DNA of 64,000 nt. Origin: an uncultured Chloroflexia bacterium. Lineage in GTDB: Bacteria > Chloroflexota > Limnocylindria > Limnocylindrales > CSP1-4. The translations under genes and the position numbers were made by a program. Position 1 is the first letter of the stretch; each line of letters opens with the position of its first letter. This document shows positions 60,151 through 64,000 of this stretch, one piece after another. Under the pieces are notes generated by a model that was not told where the DNA came from, did not search any database, and saw nothing but the letters and a program-made list of their open reading frames with translations. The stretch spans positions 128,001 to 192,000 of the forward strand of contig CAVQJC010000006.1 of the NCBI GenBank assembly GCA_963712745.1, in the 5' to 3' direction.

Positions 60151-60807
60151 CTACTCCTCGGAGAGTTCGGGGTACGAGGGTGTCTGCAGGATGCCCAGGC
60201 GGTCGAGGGGGAAGAAACGCAGCCAGGCACGGCCGACCACGTAGTCGGTGTCGACGAAGCCCACCGTCTCGTTGCGGGAGTCGGTCGAGCCCTGGCGATG
60301 ATCGCCTAGCACGAACAGCTGCCCTTCGGGTACGTCCCACTCGGACGCGCTGCGCTTGGCGAACGTGGCCTCGTTCTCGCCGGTGACGGGGTCGTCGTAG
60401 GTGTAGCCGGACTCATCGATGCGCACGCCATCGATCCAGACGGCACCGTCCTTGATATCGACATGCTCGCCACCGACGGCGATGACCCGCTTGATGTACG
60501 GCGTCTCGCCGGTCCGACCCTTGGGGTGGAAGACGATGATGTCGCCGCGGGAGTAGTCGTCCACACGGGGCGTGATCTTGTCGATGAGCAGGTGCTCGCC
60601 GGGCTGCAGGGTGTCGATCATCGACCGCTGCTCCACCCGGAATGTCTGCACGATGAAGGTCGTGATGATGAGGTAGAGGACGACCGCGAGGCCGACGGTC
60701 GTGGCGATCTCGATGACCGCGTCCACCAGCTTGGAACGCTTGCGTGGTTGGTCCTTGGCCTCGGGCATCTCGGGGGCGGCGGGATAAGGTGCGGGCTCGC
60801 CCGTCAC
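60151..60807 (-). CDS. lepB: Signal peptidase I
   Basis: TM helix, catalytic 'SMIDTL' and 'YIKRVIA', and 'LGDHR..S.DSR'. Confidence 0.93.
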   Translation of the reverse strand: MTGEPAPYPAAPEMPEAKDQPRKRSKLVDAVIEIATTVGLAVVLYLIITTFIVQTFRVEQRSMIDTLQPGEHLLIDKITPRVDDYSRGDIIVFHPKGRTGETPYIKRVIAVGGEHVDIKDGAVWIDGVRIDESGYTYDDPVTGENEATFAKRSASEWDVPEGQLFVLGDHRQGSTDSRNETVGFVDTDYVVGRAWLRFFPLDRLGILQTPSYPELSEE

Positions 60808-60880
60808 GTGAACTCCTCTGGGTGGGCAGTCGCCGTCGCGCGGCGTAGAAACTCAAGATTAGCCGTTCTGCCCGTTCCGC

Positions 60881-62098
60881 TCAGGGAAGCGGGCTGGGGG
60901 TGGCCTCCATGACGACCTCGGGAGAGGTCAGCGAGCCGGGCTCGGCGCTCAGGTCGGGTGATGCTGCGACCAGTGCGGGAGCACGGTCGACGAGTTCCCA
61001 GACGTCATCCTTGGCGGTCTTGCCCTGGCCGCCGAAGAGCAGCAGCCGCCCGCGCTCGGCGTCGGTGATGAGCGTGCCCGCGTAGCGAGCCGCCGGACCG
61101 TTGCCCTCGACCCGGAGCCGCCTGAACTCGAGCGTCTCGCGGTCGACTCGCCAGAGGTCATCGAACGCGCTGTTATCCTCCCCCGCCCCACCGAAGACAT
61201 AGGCGTACGGGCCGGCCTCGGTGACCGCGTACAGCCGTCGAGCCTTGAGCTGCGGGTCGGGCTGCCGGTCCCAGCTGCGGTCGCGGCCCATGACCCACAG
61301 GTCACCCAGCGCGAAGGCGCCATCGTCCTGGCCGCCGTACAGCACCAGCTCGCCAGAAGCCGAGGTGAAGCAATCGTGCAGGCAACGCTCGCCCGGCTTG
61401 CGACCGTCGGGCGTGATCGAGGCCCAGCGCTTGCGATCGAGGTCGTAGGCGCGGGTGTCGTCGAAGCGCCCGGCCGTGGTGAAGCCATGGCTGATCCAGA
61501 GCCGGCCATCAGGACCCGCGACCATGCACGAGCCGTAGCGCGGCTTGGGTACGGAGCCCTTGGCCGGCAGCTTGCGCCACGTACGCGCCTCCGGCCGATA
61601 GACCCACAGGTCGTCGAAGAAGTCCGTGCCCTTCTGACCGGCGAAGACGACCAGGCCGTAGCCGTCGACCCAGACCGCACTGTGCCCGAAGCGCGGCTGT
61701 GGTCGCTTGCCCTTCGGAGACAGCTTCTTCCAGGCGTCACGCTCGAGGTCGTAGCGCCACAGGTCGCCGTAGTCACGTTCGCCGTCGCGGCCGCCGAAGA
61801 GGTAGGCGAAGCGACCGTCACCGTCCACGGTCCAGGTGTGGTCCTCGCGGGAGGCCGGTCCGCGCGCGGACGTGATCTTGCGCCAGTCGGGATCGCTGAA
61901 GGCGAGCCCGGGCTGGGGGACCGAGGGCACCGTGAGCGCCTCGACCGAGGGTTCGGGCAGGGCCGAGGGATCGGCTGCTGCCGGGGGCTGGGGCGACATC
62001 GATGGGTCGGGCTCGGGCTCCGCCTGGGCGAGCACAGAGCCCCCCAGCGCGGAGACCGTGAGGACCAGCGCGAGGCTGGTGGCGATCATCCTACGCAT
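60881..62098 (-). CDS. Secreted Kelch-repeat beta-propeller protein
   Basis: Signal peptide, Pro-rich linker and six repeats of the pattern 'P..R..H....(F/Y)GG....DLW'. Confidence 0.85.
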   Translation of the reverse strand: MRRMIATSLALVLTVSALGGSVLAQAEPEPDPSMSPQPPAAADPSALPEPSVEALTVPSVPQPGLAFSDPDWRKITSARGPASREDHTWTVDGDGRFAYLFGGRDGERDYGDLWRYDLERDAWKKLSPKGKRPQPRFGHSAVWVDGYGLVVFAGQKGTDFFDDLWVYRPEARTWRKLPAKGSVPKPRYGSCMVAGPDGRLWISHGFTTAGRFDDTRAYDLDRKRWASITPDGRKPGERCLHDCFTSASGELVLYGGQDDGAFALGDLWVMGRDRSWDRQPDPQLKARRLYAVTEAGPYAYVFGGAGEDNSAFDDLWRVDRETLEFRRLRVEGNGPAARYAGTLITDAERGRLLLFGGQGKTAKDDVWELVDRAPALVAASPDLSAEPGSLTSPEVVMEATPSPLP

Positions 62099-62218
62099 GT
62101 TCCGATGCTGGCGAACACACGTGACGGCGCGATGACGCGTTCTATCGCGGCCTGCCACCGGTGTAGGCTGCGGCCAACACCCGAGACGCGGGCATCGCCC
62201 GCCCAAAGGAGGGAAGGC

Positions 62219-62596
62219 ATGATCAAGGAGCTCCGCGAGTTCATGTTCCGCGGCAACGTCGTGGATCTGGCCGTCGCGGTGGTCATCGGAGCCGCATTCG
62301 GCGTCATCGTCACCTCTCTGGTCGAGGACATCCTCACGCCCCTGCTGGGCATCGTCGGCATCCCCGACTTCTCGACCTGGGTCATCGAAGTCGGTGATGC
62401 AGAGATGCGCATCGGCCAGTTCCTCAACGCGCTCATCTCGTTCGCGCTCATCGTCGGCGCCATCTTCTTCCTGGTGGTCAAGCCCATGCAGCGAGTGCAG
62501 GCCGCGTTGGCGACCGAGCAGGCCGAGGAGGAGAAGGGGCCCACTGAGGTCGACCTCTTGACCGAGATCCGAGACGAGCTACGCAAGAGCGCATAG
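62219..62596 (+). CDS. mscL: Large-conductance mechanosensitive channel
   Basis: 'EF...GNVVDLAVAVVIGAAFG', 'LLTEIRDEL'. Confidence 0.95.
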   Translation: MIKELREFMFRGNVVDLAVAVVIGAAFGVIVTSLVEDILTPLLGIVGIPDFSTWVIEVGDAEMRIGQFLNALISFALIVGAIFFLVVKPMQRVQAALATEQAEEEKGPTEVDLLTEIRDELRKSA

Positions 62597-62620
62597 GCGG
62601 AGTGCCCGCCGGTGGGCACG

Positions 62621-62654
62621 AACGAAGAAGCGGGCGCCCCCGACGGGCGCCCGC
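62621..62654 (-). terminator. Intrinsic terminator of rplY (possibly bidirectional)
   Basis: Stem GCGGGCGCCC-N5-GGGCGCCCGC, followed on the minus strand by UUCUUCGUU. Confidence 0.7.
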
Positions 62655-62701
62655 GTTCTGATTCTCTGTTGGGCCGGGGGGTTGTGCCGGCCGGTGGTCG
62701 G

Positions 62702-63391
62702 CTAGCCGGCGCCCTCGCCAGCTTCGCCACCCTCGGCGGCTGAGCCAGCCTCGGCGGCGTCCTCGCCCTCGGGGACCTCGGCGCCTTCCTCGATCTCCTC
62801 GCCCTCGAGGCCGGTGACCGGCTCCTCCTCGACACGCGGCGGCTGGACGCGGGCCAGCGGCTCTTCGGGGTCGGTGAGGATGGTCACGTCGTCGGGGACG
62901 ATGAGGTCACTGACGTGCAGGACCGCGTCGAAGGAGTCGAGCGGTGTGATGTCGAGATCGATGGCCTGGGGCAGGGCCGTGGCCAGGGCGCTGATGGAGA
63001 CGCTCTCGCGCAGGTGGAGCAGCGTGCCGCCAAGCTTGTCAGCCGCGGTCGAGTCACCCATGTAGTTGACGGGCACGTCGATGGTGATGGCCTCGGTCAT
63101 GGACACGACCTGGAAGTCGACGTGGACGGGATTCCGGCGGACCGGGTGCTCGTGGACGTTCTGTAGGAGCACCGGCGTAGCCCGGCTCTTGCCGATCTTC
63201 AGATCGACGAGCGTGTTCCGGTTCGTGTGACGCATGAGCACGTCGAACTCGCGGGCATCGAGCTGGATGTTCTCCGACTCCCTGCCCGCACCGTAGACCA
63301 CGGCGGGGAGGATGCCCTGCCGACGCAGGGTGCTGACCTTCTTGCCGACGACCTCACGCGGTTCGGCGGACACGACCGGACGGGTGCTCAC
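62702..63391 (-). CDS. rplY: 50S ribosomal protein L25/Ctc
   Basis: 'GKKV..LRRQGILPAVVYG', 'HPVRRNPVHVDF', Ctc domain and acidic tail. GTG start. Confidence 0.95.
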   Translation of the reverse strand: MSTRPVVSAEPREVVGKKVSTLRRQGILPAVVYGAGRESENIQLDAREFDVLMRHTNRNTLVDLKIGKSRATPVLLQNVHEHPVRRNPVHVDFQVVSMTEAITIDVPVNYMGDSTAADKLGGTLLHLRESVSISALATALPQAIDLDITPLDSFDAVLHVSDLIVPDDVTILTDPEEPLARVQPPRVEEEPVTGLEGEEIEEGAEVPEGEDAAEAGSAAEGGEAGEGAG

Positions 63392-63489
63392 TGGGTGACC
63401 TCTAGAGAAATCGTTGGTCCGTACTGGGCGCACGGTCCATCCGTGCTGGCGGGCAGTCGGAAGAGTCCGTACTGGGTGGACGGCCGTAA

Positions 63490-63498
63490 ATCGTAGCA
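63490..63498 (-). promoter_or_regulatory. Extended -10 promoter of rplY
   Basis: The minus strand reads TG-C-TACGAT about 100 bp upstream of the start codon. Confidence 0.55.
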
Positions 63499-63540
63499 CG
63501 AGAAGCCGGATCTTCCCAGCCATGTACCATCGGAGGTCGT

Positions 63541-64000
63541 ATGTCAGCAACCATCCTCATCGTCGAAGACGAGTACGCGGTCGCGCGCGGCATCCAGTAC
63601 GCCCTCGAGCAGGAGGGCTACCAGGTGACCGTCGCGGGGTCCGGGGAGGAGGCCCTGGAGGTCGCCGCCGACCTCGCTCCCGATCTCGTCGTGCTCGACG
63701 TGCGCATGCCCGGCATCGACGGCTTCGAGACGCTGCGCCGACTGCGCAGCGAGGGTTCGAAGGCGCCGGTGCTGATGCTGACCGCGCGCGACGAGGAGAT
63801 GGACAAGGTCATCGGGCTGGAGATGGGCGCTGACGACTACATGACCAAGCCCTTCGGGCTACGCGAGCTGCAGAGCCGCATCAAGGCCCTGCTGCGGCGG
63901 GCCTACGGCGACCTGGCCGACGCCATGGGCGGCCGGCTCATCCGCCATCGCGACCTTGTCATCGATCTGGACCGCAGGCGCGTGCAGCGTGGAGACAGGC
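63541..64000 (+). CDS. OmpR-family response regulator (truncated by the window edge)
   Basis: 'MSATILIVEDE', 'LDVRMPGIDG', 'MLTAR', 'GADDYMTKPF'. RBS GGAGG. Confidence 0.93.
   Translation, partial: MSATILIVEDEYAVARGIQYALEQEGYQVTVAGSGEEALEVAADLAPDLVVLDVRMPGIDGFETLRRLRSEGSKAPVLMLTARDEEMDKVIGLEMGADDYMTKPFGLRELQSRIKALLRRAYGDLADAMGGRLIRHRDLVIDLDRRRVQRGDR

Overview
High-GC (roughly 70%) bacterial chromosomal window with about 60 genes. Gene content and style suggest Chloroflexota or Actinomycetota; this is inference only. I found no rRNA, tRNA, CRISPR array or mobile element. Many otherwise intact genes are split by frameshifts, and the ones I traced are single-base insertions, most simply long-read sequencing errors. 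The centrepiece is an ~11 kb minus-strand operon (48627->37617): soluble HdrD-like FeS/CCG protein, etfB, etfA, membrane cytochrome-b/FeS/CCG protein (FadF/DUF224/EMO type), hdrA, mvhD, mvhG, mvhA (group 3c-type [NiFe] hydrogenase), maturation protease and hypA. It has no canonical hdrB/hdrC and is flanked by two HypA proteins that both lack the zinc finger. Other highlights: a PNP-fold enzyme with a rewritten active site, divergent from an Opp-type ABC importer; a candidate sRNA or leader with anti-Shine-Dalgarno loops (55506-55690); a four-fold 18-bp-periodic TetR operator array; nirK behind a perfect CRP/FNR-type palindrome; an AfuABC-like importer with LacI-type operators; tandem META-domain paralogs; an RdhA/QueG-like FeS protein; and a repeat-containing rplY leader.
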